A stretch of DNA of 64,000 nt from Iphione sp. A-MEVVRFRX5. Lineage: Eukaryota. How positions within the stretch are numbered: the stretch's first letter is position 1; every line of letters starts with the position of its first letter. The DNA is taken from NCBI GenBank assembly GCA_976226885.1, contig OZ320316.1:62558001-62622000 (forward strand). Reading direction: 5' to 3'. The notes under the pieces were generated by a model. It did not search any database. It saw only the letters and a program-made list of their open reading frames with translations, and was not told the DNA's origin. A program made the position numbers and the translations under genes. This document shows positions 27,846 through 40,279 of this stretch, one piece after another.

Positions 27846-28415
27846 TGGGAGAGACCAAAATCAGTCAGAACGGAAGAATTTTCTTTACATTTCCTGTATG
27901 TAAAAGCCTCTCAATGGAGACCACTTCACAGGGGAGACCACCTCTAGGGAGAGACCAAGAATTTAAGTACCAAAGACCAGGTTTTGCCTCACAGAGGCAA
28001 CCAAGAGCTCCTTTGATGGGTACCAACACCTGGGAGAGGTGTCACCTTGCTCCCAACAACGGGAACAAGGTACAATTTTTGCTCCTTTGATGGGTACAGT
28101 GTGAGGTGTGACCTTGCTCCTAACAGTGGATCAAGGTGCAGTTTTGGCTAGTTTTGATAGGTACCGACACCCGGGAGAGGTGCGACCTCACTCCCAATCT
28201 CGATCACCTAGGCAATGTATAAAGGATTTATGTAATTTAATGAATAAGTATTCATATCAGTATTTTCTCTTTTGTTGTATGTGATTTACATCTATTATCA
28301 TTTGGGGATCATTTGGGAGCACAGAAGACAAGTGCTTCACAGGGGAGACTGTCTCTCAGTAGAGACCAAAATTGGTCAGTCCCAAGCTTGGTTTCCTAAG
28401 AGAGGCTCTACTGTA
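27846..28415 (+). mobile_element. Composite of pogo-type MITE pieces
   Basis: Repeated gagacca(c/a) motifs at 27851-27960 and 28340-28370. The right end agagaggctctactg|ta (28400-28415) resembles a CAGT-type TIR plus TA target site. Confidence 0.6.
28007..28200. repeat. Diverged tandem repeat, 3 x ~66-74 bp
   Basis: gctcctttgatgggtac...gaggtg.gacctt.ctcc.aa units start at 28007, 28081 and 28147. Confidence 0.85.
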
Positions 28416-29427
28416 CTTATTTTTACACATTTGATAAAAACTCATTGGAATGATATTTGCCGAAGTCCCTTGCCCTCTAGGAGGTTACCTACCTAGATAA
28501 CTTCGGCTTCTAGGGAATTGATATAATATTTATTCCAGAATTGAAAGGGTCAGTGAGGACTTCATAATTACCCGCTTTACTCATAGTGAGATCTCCTGTT
28601 AACTTAGTAACTATTTCAGAGAAATAAATAATCAGATTTATCCCCATTAAATTACATATAAAAGAAGCATCGTTTACTTGAGGACTACTCTTCTTTACCA
28701 GCGCACAGTGCCATTTTTACTGAATACCGAGCAGTTCATGGTGACTATATTCTCTTTGCCTCACTTTTTACTGTGTAAGCTTAAGTGCATTGTATGGATA
28801 GTATCAGCTAGATCATAGGCGGTCCTCGGCCAACATAGGCATATGGGTTAACTGAGATAAATGAACTATTGATGTATGAAGAGAGGTCTCAGCGTCATCC
28901 TGTCAAGGTTTTATGATATATCTTCCTCGAGCGATACAAGGATTTATAATTGCAAAGTTGAAACATGTATTAAAAAGACTCTCTTCACATACATTAATCT
29001 GCTTTTTACTCTCTATCACTAAAACTCCAGATAAATTGCACCCTGCTCAGTATTTCGAGACAGATGAAGTTGTTTATTGGAGGACATTCTATAATACATA
29101 AATGTAGTTTTTGTATATAATGAGAATCGGAGCACCACAGCAAGCTTGTACTTGAAATGGTTATTATCGCCAGATAACTTGTGAGTGAACATAAGCCATT
29201 TTGAAAATCATATAAGGATTCTTACATAATGCTGCACATTGGAAAAAGCATATACAGTCAAAACTTACATCTGAGTTGATTTGAATTTATGATTTGTTAT
29301 TGAGAATTTTGTAGCCCCAGACACCTTCTTTTGGCACAAATGCAATCCTGGTTTATAGAATCGGTATACTGATAAACATGCGTATATGGCAAGTATGATT
29401 AGTCTCGATAAATAGTACAAAATGATG

Positions 29428-29460
29428 TTGATTGATTGATTGATTGAATATTTTATTTCT
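29428..29460 (-). repeat. (CAAT)n microsatellite preceded by AATAAA: probable 3' terminus of a CR1/L2-type LINE
   Basis: Minus strand reads aataaaatattcaatcaatcaatcaatcaa. Confidence 0.6.
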
Positions 29461-30929
29461 GAAGTGTGATATAACAGTACACATTGTACAAAAAACTCAG
29501 ATCATAGTGCAGTCATGATATATAAAATGAGTATGATAACGGAGGATGCCTGATTTATCTTTTATCTTTTTTGCCACTTAAATTGACTACCAGAAATTGA
29601 CATAGATAACCCATATTATACATATTGTGAAACGACCCGTGCCGTAATTATATACAGAGAAGAAATGTGTATTCAAGTTTACATAAAAATAGTGTATTGA
29701 CTGACAAGAAAGCTATGAATGAAATACTAGTGCAAACCTGTGCAAAGGATAAGAAATCTCAACGCAGTACCCAACAGAAAGAGTCTTCAGCCAGAATGGA
29801 GCATCCTGGATATGTTCTAACCCAGCGTGCCCCCTATCAAATAGACGTTTTTGTTCCTGTTGCTGATTAACGCCGTTACACAGAATGGAACATCATGCGT
29901 ATGTGCGAATCAAGCCCCAACCAATCGAGCATTCTGATTTTGGAGTCAGTATACATGTACAGGTGTTTTAGATACGATCATTCACGTTCAGAAATAAAGT
30001 TTTTTCTGAGTACAGAGCATAATCGGTTCAAACAAAATGCATTAGGAAATGTGTTTATTAATATGTCGGCTTTGGAGTTAAAACGTCTTGACTAAATTTA
30101 CAAGTGTGTTTAAAACAAAGTGCAAACCATTTTAATTGTGTATATAAGTGCTATACCGATCTTTCTATTAACTGTCTTAAGCAAGGAAAACCTGAATGTG
30201 GGGGTTGGTGTGTCACAAGGAAAACTGGATGATGTGACAAAATCTATAATCAAACACAGATCCTGAACGTCGAACTTTTCTATTACTACCTTCGTCAAAA
30301 AATGAATTAGTGCTGAAGGACGCAACTTCAGCAAGAAGAAGTGTAACGAAAAATTAAGTCCATTTATATAACAAAAATATCTAAACTGCAGATCAGCACG
30401 CACTTGGACTGTCTAATTAGTATTAGTCTTTTTAACGTGCTTGAGCAGTAATATCACCAGAAAAGGCGTCAAGAAAAGCATACAGCTGTAATACATGTAT
30501 CTGCAGGTGGCTGACTGGATGGAAAAGGTGAAATAATGAATGTGGAGAAGAAACGCAGATGGGTGGTGAGACGAAAACAATAAATCATGGAGAGGTTTGA
30601 TAGGCGAAAGTAAGGTATTTTTTCCAATAAATATATTGTATGCGTGGCGCCCATATCAGATACTAAACACCAAGGGTATACACTCCATAAAACCGAAACC
30701 ATACAAATCATACGGAACTCATTCTAGTTGACATTCATTTGGTTGTATTAATTTGTTTCGCAATAGTGGATGTAGGCCCCTCGTCTGAGGATTACATATA
30801 TTGTTAAAAACTAGTACGTATTGTAAAAACGTATTATTAGCATGTATTGACGTCAGGCCAGTAGCCAGTCAGCCCATGTTCACAGTCATCTCTGATATCC
30901 TATGATACATGTACATTAGAAGTATGTGT

Positions 30930-31190
30930 ATATATGACTGATTCCACCAATAAATGTATTCTACGAGACTACTAAAAATCGGCAAAATGAGAAAAGTAAT
31001 AAACGGAGTGTGTGAAATTCCCAATTCTTAAATCAAAGGCTAGGCAATAAAGAACGATATGAAAGACATTGGTAGTGACACGAGAACAGAAATTCATCTT
31101 GACAAATGTAGACTGGAGACCCACCAAGAGACCTACTTGTTCAGGAGACCAACTCGAGGGAGAGACCATGATTTTGTAACAACCGTTTCC
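30930..31190 (+). mobile_element. pogo-family 3' fragment
   Basis: atatgactgattccaccaata at ~30931 is identical to the sequence after the transposase stop at ~20306. It is followed by gagacc-repeat terminal sequence. Confidence 0.55.
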
Positions 31191-34129
31191 TGCACCTTTC
31201 CAATTAAAGAGAAACACTCCGAGGTGATAAACCTGATAATGAGTCTAATTCGGCTTTAAACCAATATTGTAGGTTACCAAACCGGACAATTCGGCGGGCA
31301 GCACAGCCATGAACGATGGAGGTTAAGGTATTCTCGATGGAGGCCAGCCATCTGTTCATATTAGGTGGCTCATACGTCAGTGTAAACACGCAAGCTTTCT
31401 CACTTTGGAATTGTTCGAAGAGGACAGACATCCGGCTTTAGTCGATCCCATGAAGAGAAACCTGTCAAACAACAGATATTTTTCATTATTTGATTATTCT
31501 GTCTAATTAGGCTCTCTTCTGCGCCGACCTTCCAGTTAGAATAATCGACGGGAGAGATCTGGATTACACAGGCTTTTCCAGAGTTGCCCGCGCTCGTCTA
31601 TATGCTGCGTAAATTCCATGATTGAAGATTGCCATGAAGCAGGGCCTTTTAATTTCGAGTTTCCAAAAGACGAGAATGGTTGTAGCTTGCAGGAAGGGAT
31701 AAAATGGCATAGCTGACATGAAAAGCTGCCATCATCGTAGCCATCATTACGGAAGATTGTAAGGTAAGGACTTATATTAGTGATCAAAAAGTGGCAGTTG
31801 TATCTTGAAGATAAGGATGTAGCCTCAAATTTAAGGAAAGGCATTTACGTAGATTTCAGCCCTTTATTCTAGGCATGCAGTTCATTTTTCGCTGTAGATC
31901 TTTTGCTATTTACAAATGTCGTTTTAGACGCGATGTAATTGTTGCGCAGGACGTGCGTTGGTCTGACCTCCAGATGTACGTGACAGCAGCTCATGTAGAG
32001 ATTCCAGCAACGGGTATTATGTAAATGCCATTAAAAGATCAGCAGAGTAATGTTCCACAGTAAAGCTTGTCGAATTAAACCAAGTAGGATGATATCTTAA
32101 TTGAACCATAGAAAACCCCAGGTACCTTAACAGATGTCGATAGCCTCGTGATACAGTGGGGAAGAGTCTTTAATTAATGAAGGTATTGATGACTCAACTT
32201 TAAGAGCAGAGATGCAGTGAGTTGATCCTATTTTCCTATGCTGTATTGGCCGCGGAGCTCTCCGTTTACTTCAGCTCCTAATAAAGATTATATTTTTTTG
32301 ACAATTTAAGGGGTGGGTGTACAGAGGGTTGATTATTTTACATCTGATTAGCGACAGAACACAATATAACGATTACCGATGGCTAACAATGAACACCCAG
32401 CGCTGCGAGGAGATAATAGTTTTTAAAATAGGTCATATTAATATTCGAAAGCGTAGTGGTACTGAAAATAGTCGCCAAGAGTTGAATTTTGATTTAATAC
32501 AATGTCTGCATCGTGAGTCCTCTCTTTAGATTGAAAAGCCAAAATCAGTGTTCGTTAGTAGAACTCGTTATTTTCTCTGTCGAGTATGTTTCGACGGTTC
32601 TAGATATGTCACACAAAGTAATATGACGCTGGAATTAAATACATGTACGTCAATACAATTCTTGGTCAGCATATCCATCTGTCCAGTAGAAAAGGTAGCG
32701 TTTATACTAGGCATTGTCCCTATACGTCTTTAGCATCTGCTATTTTATACGGAGGCCCTTCCTTCCTATTACGTGGACGAAATCTCCGACAGCAAACGCA
32801 TCGTGTAGAGGTCTGACCTTAAACGTGAAGGTGTCACAGCTGGTATATTAAGAGCGGAGACTGGGACAGTATTGATGTCATGAGGATTCCTTCTAGTCTG
32901 TTACATGAATGAGAAAAGTGACAGTTGAAAAGGTCCTGCGTTTATCATGTGGTGTCTTCAGTAGTACCCTTTCTGCATGATATTTATACCCTGAAAAATC
33001 TGGAACTATTGACTATGTGTCTCGTTAAAAAGAACTTTTAGTAAAGAATTTGTTTAACTAGTCACACAAATGAGTAAGAGCAAGCAAAATGCAAAAAGAC
33101 TGACTCAGGTACACAGGGGAGAAGTCGGACACGTCGAGTTTGCAATGAATCCTTAAGCTATTACAGTCAAAAGTTAGCCACAAAGAGGACGGGGTTAAAA
33201 CTGCCGTTTCGAAAAAAACCCTTCTTGAAAGCTTATAGTCCCAAAGACAATAATTATAGACTAGTGGTCGAAGCATGAATGACTGGAGGCTGCAAATGCC
33301 TGTAAGTCAAGCGTTGAAAACTATATAATTATTTACTGAGTGGTGTACGTGATGGTGTACCAGATAAGGTTTCGTCAAGGCGTCCCCTCCAACCTCCCTG
33401 CGAACAATCCCAGAATGGCAAGGAATGAAGAGGCCCAGGGGAGCAGTGTTAACATAGGCCGCAGCAGCAGCTGGGGAAGGTGTTGGGTATCACCAGGATT
33501 AGGTGCCTACAAAATGCAAACAATGCCTTTTCGTTAAAACGGGCCGTAAGACGATCGACATGTAATAACCAATGATTACAGAGTGCTGGCGTCTTTCACT
33601 GGGCGCCTCCATTAAAGAAAGAATACACCCGTGTCTGTGCGTCGGATTGTAACCCGTCATTTTCCCAAGGTGTCCTTTCGCCTGTCCTGCTCTCGATGCT
33701 CGTGTTGGACACGTCGCCGACACGTCGTTGTGTTGCACATTGTTATTCTCAGCGGTGCTCCCTAAAGTGCACTGTCCATTTAGGAGGCCGGGAAAGCTCC
33801 CCAGCACATAAATCAGATTGCGCTTGAGGGCCGAGGACACCTTTCGTCCACTTCCGTGGCCAGGACTACGCATCTGACGACGTTCGTGTGGAACATTCGG
33901 AGTGTGCATATAGTTTAGAGCAGCGGGGTCTCCTACGCGACAGCTACACCACCAGCAGCCTGGAATTGCTTCCTCTTGAATTAGGGAAGAGCACACATCA
34001 TTAGACTCAAATGGTTGCCGCTCAGGACCGTAGGTAGTGGTGTTTCGGCTGCGTGCTGACGGCGCTTGATAACCCTTTGCCATTTATAGCTTAATACATG
34101 TTTCTTTAGGCCTGTTCATTTAGAGATTT

Positions 34130-34250
34130 TTTCCCTCCCCCCCTCTCTCTCTCCCTCTTTTGTCTCTCCCATGTTAGTCTGTACTCTCCCCATCTTCTTC
34201 CCTCTCTTCCTCTCTCACTCTGCTCTCGCTCGCACTCTCTCTCATCTCAG
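34130..34250. repeat. Degenerate CT-rich polypyrimidine microsatellite
   Basis: Read directly. Confidence 0.8.
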
Positions 34251-35549
34251 AAGACACTTCCACGATATGTCTCTCATTAGACGTCCTGTGTTTTAGATCT
34301 GGTGTTACTTTGAATACAGTTTTCATAGCTGAAACATATCTAATATGCGAGACTATGTCGGTGTCCATTATAGCCCTATCTGCATATGATGTACACACAT
34401 GCACACTCATATATAAGAATCTCAAAGGTCTCAGGCTATCATTTTCGGGTGGGAAAAGCGTTCGAAGTATTTCTAACTTGAAGCATACTCAGTTTTGTAC
34501 ACATATTACCACCCCAATTTCACTTTGATTCTTCATTAATTTTCAGACTGCCAGACTTTGACTCTTATTATAGATTCCCTCTCAGTCTTTTTGCTCCTTC
34601 TTTCACTAAAGTTGTCATCAGTTAATATACATATTATGGAAGATTCTCGTGGTAAGGATGTATATGAAGTAAGGCCAGCCTCTCGTTATGCATGTGACCT
34701 CTTGCTTGGCCAGACCCAGTAAGCCCTTGATGCATTTTTCATCACCATCACGAGGTCACTTTGCCCCAGGTCACTACAGCAGCTTACTCGATCCTACATG
34801 ATGACTTTGGCCCCACTGGCAAACTCGCGGGAAGAGATGCAACGCTAAAAGCTCATAAATAAGATTAAGGTCTTCTGGGAGGTGGCCATTTTATCATTTA
34901 ATATTCAATTCAGAAGTTATAATTACAGTTCAGAGTTGGGACAAAGGTTTATATATAACCAATTACATCTCCATGTTGTCGTGCATTATCTAGAAACAGG
35001 TTGAGAAGGGGGCCATACATTGGTGGAAGCAGTTGTCTAATGTAGTGACAGTGACCACGGCGCCTCCGGTGTGCCACCCACGGGTCACCAGCTGCCAGCA
35101 GGGGGCGTCGCATTATGCTGGATTATCTCAACACCTGGTGACCTCGCCCCCATCAGAACTTAAAACTTGCTCGGAGGGTCATCGTTACGACCAAAGGAAA
35201 GAAGTCTCCCTAAAAACAAACCGGCGCACTGTAGTGCAGACAAAAACAATCTGTCAGAGCAAAGGCTGTCAATACATTCGCACTGGCAGTAGTTTTTATG
35301 CATGTAAGAAAGCAAAGTATGAAATAGAAAATTATGATTTATGAATGATTTATTATAATGTACTCATACGATTGACATGTTTTCTCGGCATGCAGTGTGC
35401 TCATGTACCTCTATATAGAACATCGAAACTATTGATACTAAGAATACACCTGCAGAAAGTTATCATGCAAACAGGGGAGGGATGTGCTTCCGTGAGTAGG
35501 CGAGCCATATTCTCTAGAAAGTAGTGATAATCACGGTCTCTTACGGAGG

Positions 35550-35760
35550 ATAAATGTCAAGAATGACAGTGGCTACTGGCAGACTGTTTGAAGGCCTCCT
35601 GTGATGTGTGGCTGCGGTAGGTCTTTGTGGTATGGGTGAGCGAACCAAGCCATCTCATCATCGAAGAGCTAGGGCCCGTTGCGACTCCTGGTGGAGGCTT
35701 CTTCCTGCACTCCGCTGCAACAAAGATGCACCCGGCCACCACCTGCACTAATTGTGTTTT
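35550..35760 (-). mobile_element. 3' end remnant of a CR1/L2-type LINE ORF2
   Basis: VQVVAGCIFVAAECRKKPPPGVAT...MRWLGSL...TSQEAFKQS resembles VQRRAARFV...PGSVT...LGWxSL...SLEAFKxxL, with an internal deletion. Confidence 0.6.
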
Positions 35761-38700
35761 TTTGACCGGCTGCCGATGAGGTCTTGGCTAATGGCCTTCG
35801 TCTCCCAGGTAGGTCGATAAAGTGTTGATTATTTAGATAGCGGCAAGGTGTCTCGCCCGAGGGGATGGGTTTCGACACCCGTGGTGGGAGTAATAGCTGA
35901 CCAAGTGCAGTTCAACATACCAAAGTAGACAACATTTCTACCCTTTATACCAGTATAAAATCTTATTTTCTCATATCCCGGTCGTTTCACTGTAGACGTT
36001 AGGCAGTTCCTGTCCATTAATTATACAATTCTGTGAATAATGAAACATTCCTCCTGAAAACCGCCTTTTTTTACAGTCGGTGAATCATTCCGGTCAGAAA
36101 GTTGAAAGACGATGCCGAGTGGCAGCTCGAGGGTTAATAAAGCGCACGGTAAAGATGGGAACAATAAAACTGTCATTGCTGTCTGATCGCGTCGGGTGGG
36201 GCCCATGGCCACCGCACTGAGCTCCAGGCGGTGGTGTAGCAGGCGCAAGATGAGCGTCGGCCGCACGTCACGCTCTGCCCGAGGGGACAACTACTAACGG
36301 CCTCCATGGCCGCCTCACACAGCCCTAACTACGGCTATCTGGTGACGGCATGTCGCACCGAGGTGCTGGACAAAGGGCCGCTCCCGGCCCGTATCTTCAG
36401 TGGGATCGACGGATCAACCGGAGGCGCCTAACTCTATTACAGTGTCGATGACAGACGAGCCACATCAGGGCCCAACCCAGCGGCTTGGGTGGACGCCTTA
36501 ACCGAACCCTTTTCTAACGGAAACAAAGAGAAAGAATTTTTGTTTGACACATTTCGATAGTGAAACTTGTTATCTTAAAGTACAAGAGTACATTATCTCC
36601 TTCTCGTGCAAATTGTACACGTCCTCGCAGTTGCCAAACATTTAGCCTAGATTCTCTTGACCTAAATTTCTACTTTCCAGCACATTTGTAGCTTAAGTAT
36701 TCCCCGAAAGTGTGTTTGAAAAGAATAGGTAGTTTCATCATGTCTTCATATTTCTTGACAATAACTACTCTTCCTTAGTGTTTCTTTTTCGTTTGAAAAT
36801 ATGGATACATGGCGGCCCTGAACAGTCTGTTCACAAATAAATAGTAAGGATAATGTTCTAGGTAGGGTGTATTTCACCCCTACAAAGAGGAGCCGACTCG
36901 CTGACGTTCTTAAGGCCAAGAAAGACATCAAATGAGCTGAGGCACAACGTCCGTATTTGTCTGTGCCGGAAAGCGCCCGCAATGACGTGGCCCCTGAATG
37001 AGAGCAGCTCGCCCTCTTGCCGCGATCTGCTAGGGCCTCCATGTCGGCACCGGCCTCTTTTATACTCCAGTCGTCGATCTCACCGTTTTTAAAGCAGTAT
37101 CTAGGTAGGTAGGTGGGTTGAGGCTTTCATGAGCTGTTCATCACCATCAAGAGCAGCGCGCAGATTGGTGGTCGGGGTATAATAAATGGCACGTTATTGG
37201 AAAATGAAGCAACTTCAAAAGACGCCTAAATACATTCAATAACTGGCAAGTGAATCAAGCGGTTTAAGAAAAAAGAATTTATTTAAATTGCATTTCTATG
37301 TCGCATTGAAATATTACCGAAGGAAACGACAAAGGAATATTTTTCTCAAGGAAGTCTTCCATCGAAGGAAAAGAAACCGTTGCAGAATTTTCAGTTTTGA
37401 AAATGTGGAACACGAATCGTTAAAGAAGATCAAATGTACGACCTGGCAAGGAAGTGGCGTTCGCTTATTCATTGGATAGGACAACTTTGACAGGTTGATG
37501 CCGAAAATTCCATACCACCAGAGGCGGAGCGTCCAAAGCCCCGTCTTGACAGGTGAGTAGAAGGTAGAATTGCACTTAGACTACGCACTGCGGAGGGAAC
37601 CGGAATTCACGATATCTAGTTACGTGATATTCTATGTCCTCATAATGTTGCAAATCGCACTGGATTGAAATCAACCATAGTAGAGAGGATGAATGGTGAC
37701 CGTATCTTTACAGCTATGGTTCACATCTACGTAGAACGACATTTAGAGAATAAAATATTTTTGAAATATATGAAAATAGTACACCTATTCTTTCTTTAGT
37801 CACAATAAGCATCCACTTCCAGTTTTTATTTTGATATTTTGGACGTTTGGCAGTCTTTACCCCATACGTTACTAACAAATAATTCATTGCTAGCTATAGA
37901 TACATAGATGACTCAACTTGGAACATGCTTCAGGCATCCGGGATACATTTCGATGCTAAAATGTTTATCCATCCGTCATTGCGATGGGAAAGGACATGGA
38001 TGACAAATCTGAGCTAGACCGCAAGACCGATGGGAGCACTGGTGGCGTAAAATTAAGGATAAGAGTGAAATGTTACGGCCAAAGAGTAAAAAGCCTCCAG
38101 AAAATAGCATATCACTTCACTTGAAGTACGCATGTAGTCCTTGAAGCTTCTCTTAGATTGAGGTGCGGTGTTCGTCCAGCAGGGCGAAGAGACTTGTTAC
38201 ACTGCTAGTTTGCCAGATTATCTAGGAACTATACCTAATATTCATCATGTGTAAATAGACAAATAAGTATGGAAAGGAAACTATCAAAACAAAACGAATA
38301 AAATATGGTCGCCTAAGCACAACAGAAGCAGTATAAACACACCGATATAAGCACTCCCGGAATTGTCCCGGATATATGTGCCACATTCTTATTACAGAGG
38401 TATCTAGAGAATTCCACTATACATGTACAACAAGCAGTAAGTTAGAGAAATAGTGCATAACTATGAAACGCGCCTGGTGGCGCTGCATGTAATTCCCTTT
38501 GAAAGCAGAACGACGCTCCCAATGGAACCGTCACCTATCCATGGATGTAATGAGTTTATTATGGACGACTGAAAGCTATAAGATAATGCACAGATGTGTT
38601 CATGTTTAAAATTAACGACAGATATGTCTTTCCATCCCAAGAGTCATCTAGCCAGTGGCCCGGAAAAAGGTAACGCCCTTCCACCATCACTGCATATTTC

Positions 38701-40087
38701 TAACATAGAAAGAGAGCAGGATACAAAAGCAATCAACATACGTCATTACCTTAGATACAGAGAGTGAAACCTATATGTGCCCCAAGAAAAAGGGAGAAGT
38801 GTGTTTCATTTAGCGGCAGTGAGGCCGTGATGGAGTAAGAGAGGCAGGTCACGTCCCTAAGGCTTATAGCAGAGAGAGTGAGTTGCCACTCCCGTCACCG
38901 AATGCCAACAACATGGCGTATTCGCTAAATTCTGTCAGCCTGACTATAGGAAGGCAAACCCTGGGTGGCGGTTTAAATCAATTGTTACTTTCGTCTGATA
39001 ACTGACATACGTGAATACTTCATCATATCGAAATTAAGTTTGTTTTGAAAGAATATAAAATGACATTTTGATATTATTGCTGCTGCTAACCCTTTCCAAA
39101 AAATCCTGGCTGTGCCTAGGTCAATTTATTATGATGATGCGCAGTGTTGCGAGCGTTAATGCTTCTGCATATTCATATATAGTATGCCACTTTAGACAAG
39201 GCCTATTAGCTGATCCTTCCGTCTGGTATTTCGGCGGCAGAAAACAGGTGGGCTCTCCAGTAGGACCACAAAGCAGCTGTGTAACACAGAAATATCTCAT
39301 CTTTAGTTGGAGACCTAACACAGACGTCTCAAGTGCACCCATACGCCAGGGTAACAATAGAATATATAGTACCTTCGATAGTAAAGGTTCACAAACCCCT
39401 TGTTCATTCTACTACTTAGACGAATTGCCGTTTAACACATACACAAATAGTTGATCTAAAACCTTCGGTATAAATATATCTACACGTAAATTTATTTTCC
39501 TTTATTGGTTGCATCTTAATTAAGCAACAGATAATGTACATACAAGCCAATTGAGTTCATCACATGAAAATAAGCGTACAAGGTATTATACATTTGACTG
39601 ACAGTAAATCATATGAACTACATCACTTGGAAATACATGTTGCAACCCATCATGGGCACGTTCACACACGTATCCACCTGCATCATTTGGCAAATGCCTT
39701 CCTCTGAGAAACGCCCTCATCGGAGCCTTCCCTGTCGATTGATATTTCGACTGGAAGAAAATAACCTGTACAAGAATGAGGCGGGCCAATTGTTATATGG
39801 TCTTATGAACAGTACTTACAAAGTTGAATGCAAGAACGAGCTTTTATGATATTTCTTTCAAAGAAATATGTATGTGGACCATGTATATGATAGACTAATG
39901 TACACCTCTGAATCGAAACCTGTTCTTCCATCCACCAACAAACTAGGTCAGGAGATTTACAGATGTTGCGACCTGCCTGTAGCAGGAAAGCACGGAGGTC
40001 AACACAGGTCTAGTACCACAAGTAGGATAAAACATGTTCCTTATTAATCGTTCAGACCAAACTCCCTTTTGATTGACTCTGTCTACT

Positions 40088-40279
40088 AATATATATTGCA
40101 ATCAGTACCTAGTAACAGTGCATATCCATTCTTTTTAGTTCATCTCTTCTATACAGTAAAGACAAGCAAGAAAGTGGACTATCAATATATATTGCAATCA
40201 GTACCTAGATACAGTGCATATTTATTCTGTTTAGTTCATGTCTTCCTTGTGGTGAAGACAAGCAGGCAAGAGGACGATT
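40088..40279. repeat. Tandem duplication, 2 x 96 bp
   Basis: aatatatattgcaatcagtacctag...acagtgcatat...ttagttcat...aagacaagca recurs at 40088 and 40184. Confidence 0.9.

Noticed and set aside
28007-28200. Repeat arrays (here, 55022-55135 and 5933-5986) as CRISPR-like arrays
   Set aside because: Eukaryotic context, 3 units or fewer, no regular unique spacers and no cas genes.
33499-34083. 194-aa minus-strand ORF
   Set aside because: No motif and low-information composition; an ORF this long can occur by chance in a GC-rich patch.
35830-35900. tRNA-like A/B boxes (also 58880-58930 on the minus strand)
   Set aside because: The boxes are degenerate and no cloverleaf can be folded; at most decayed SINE heads, so not called as tRNA.
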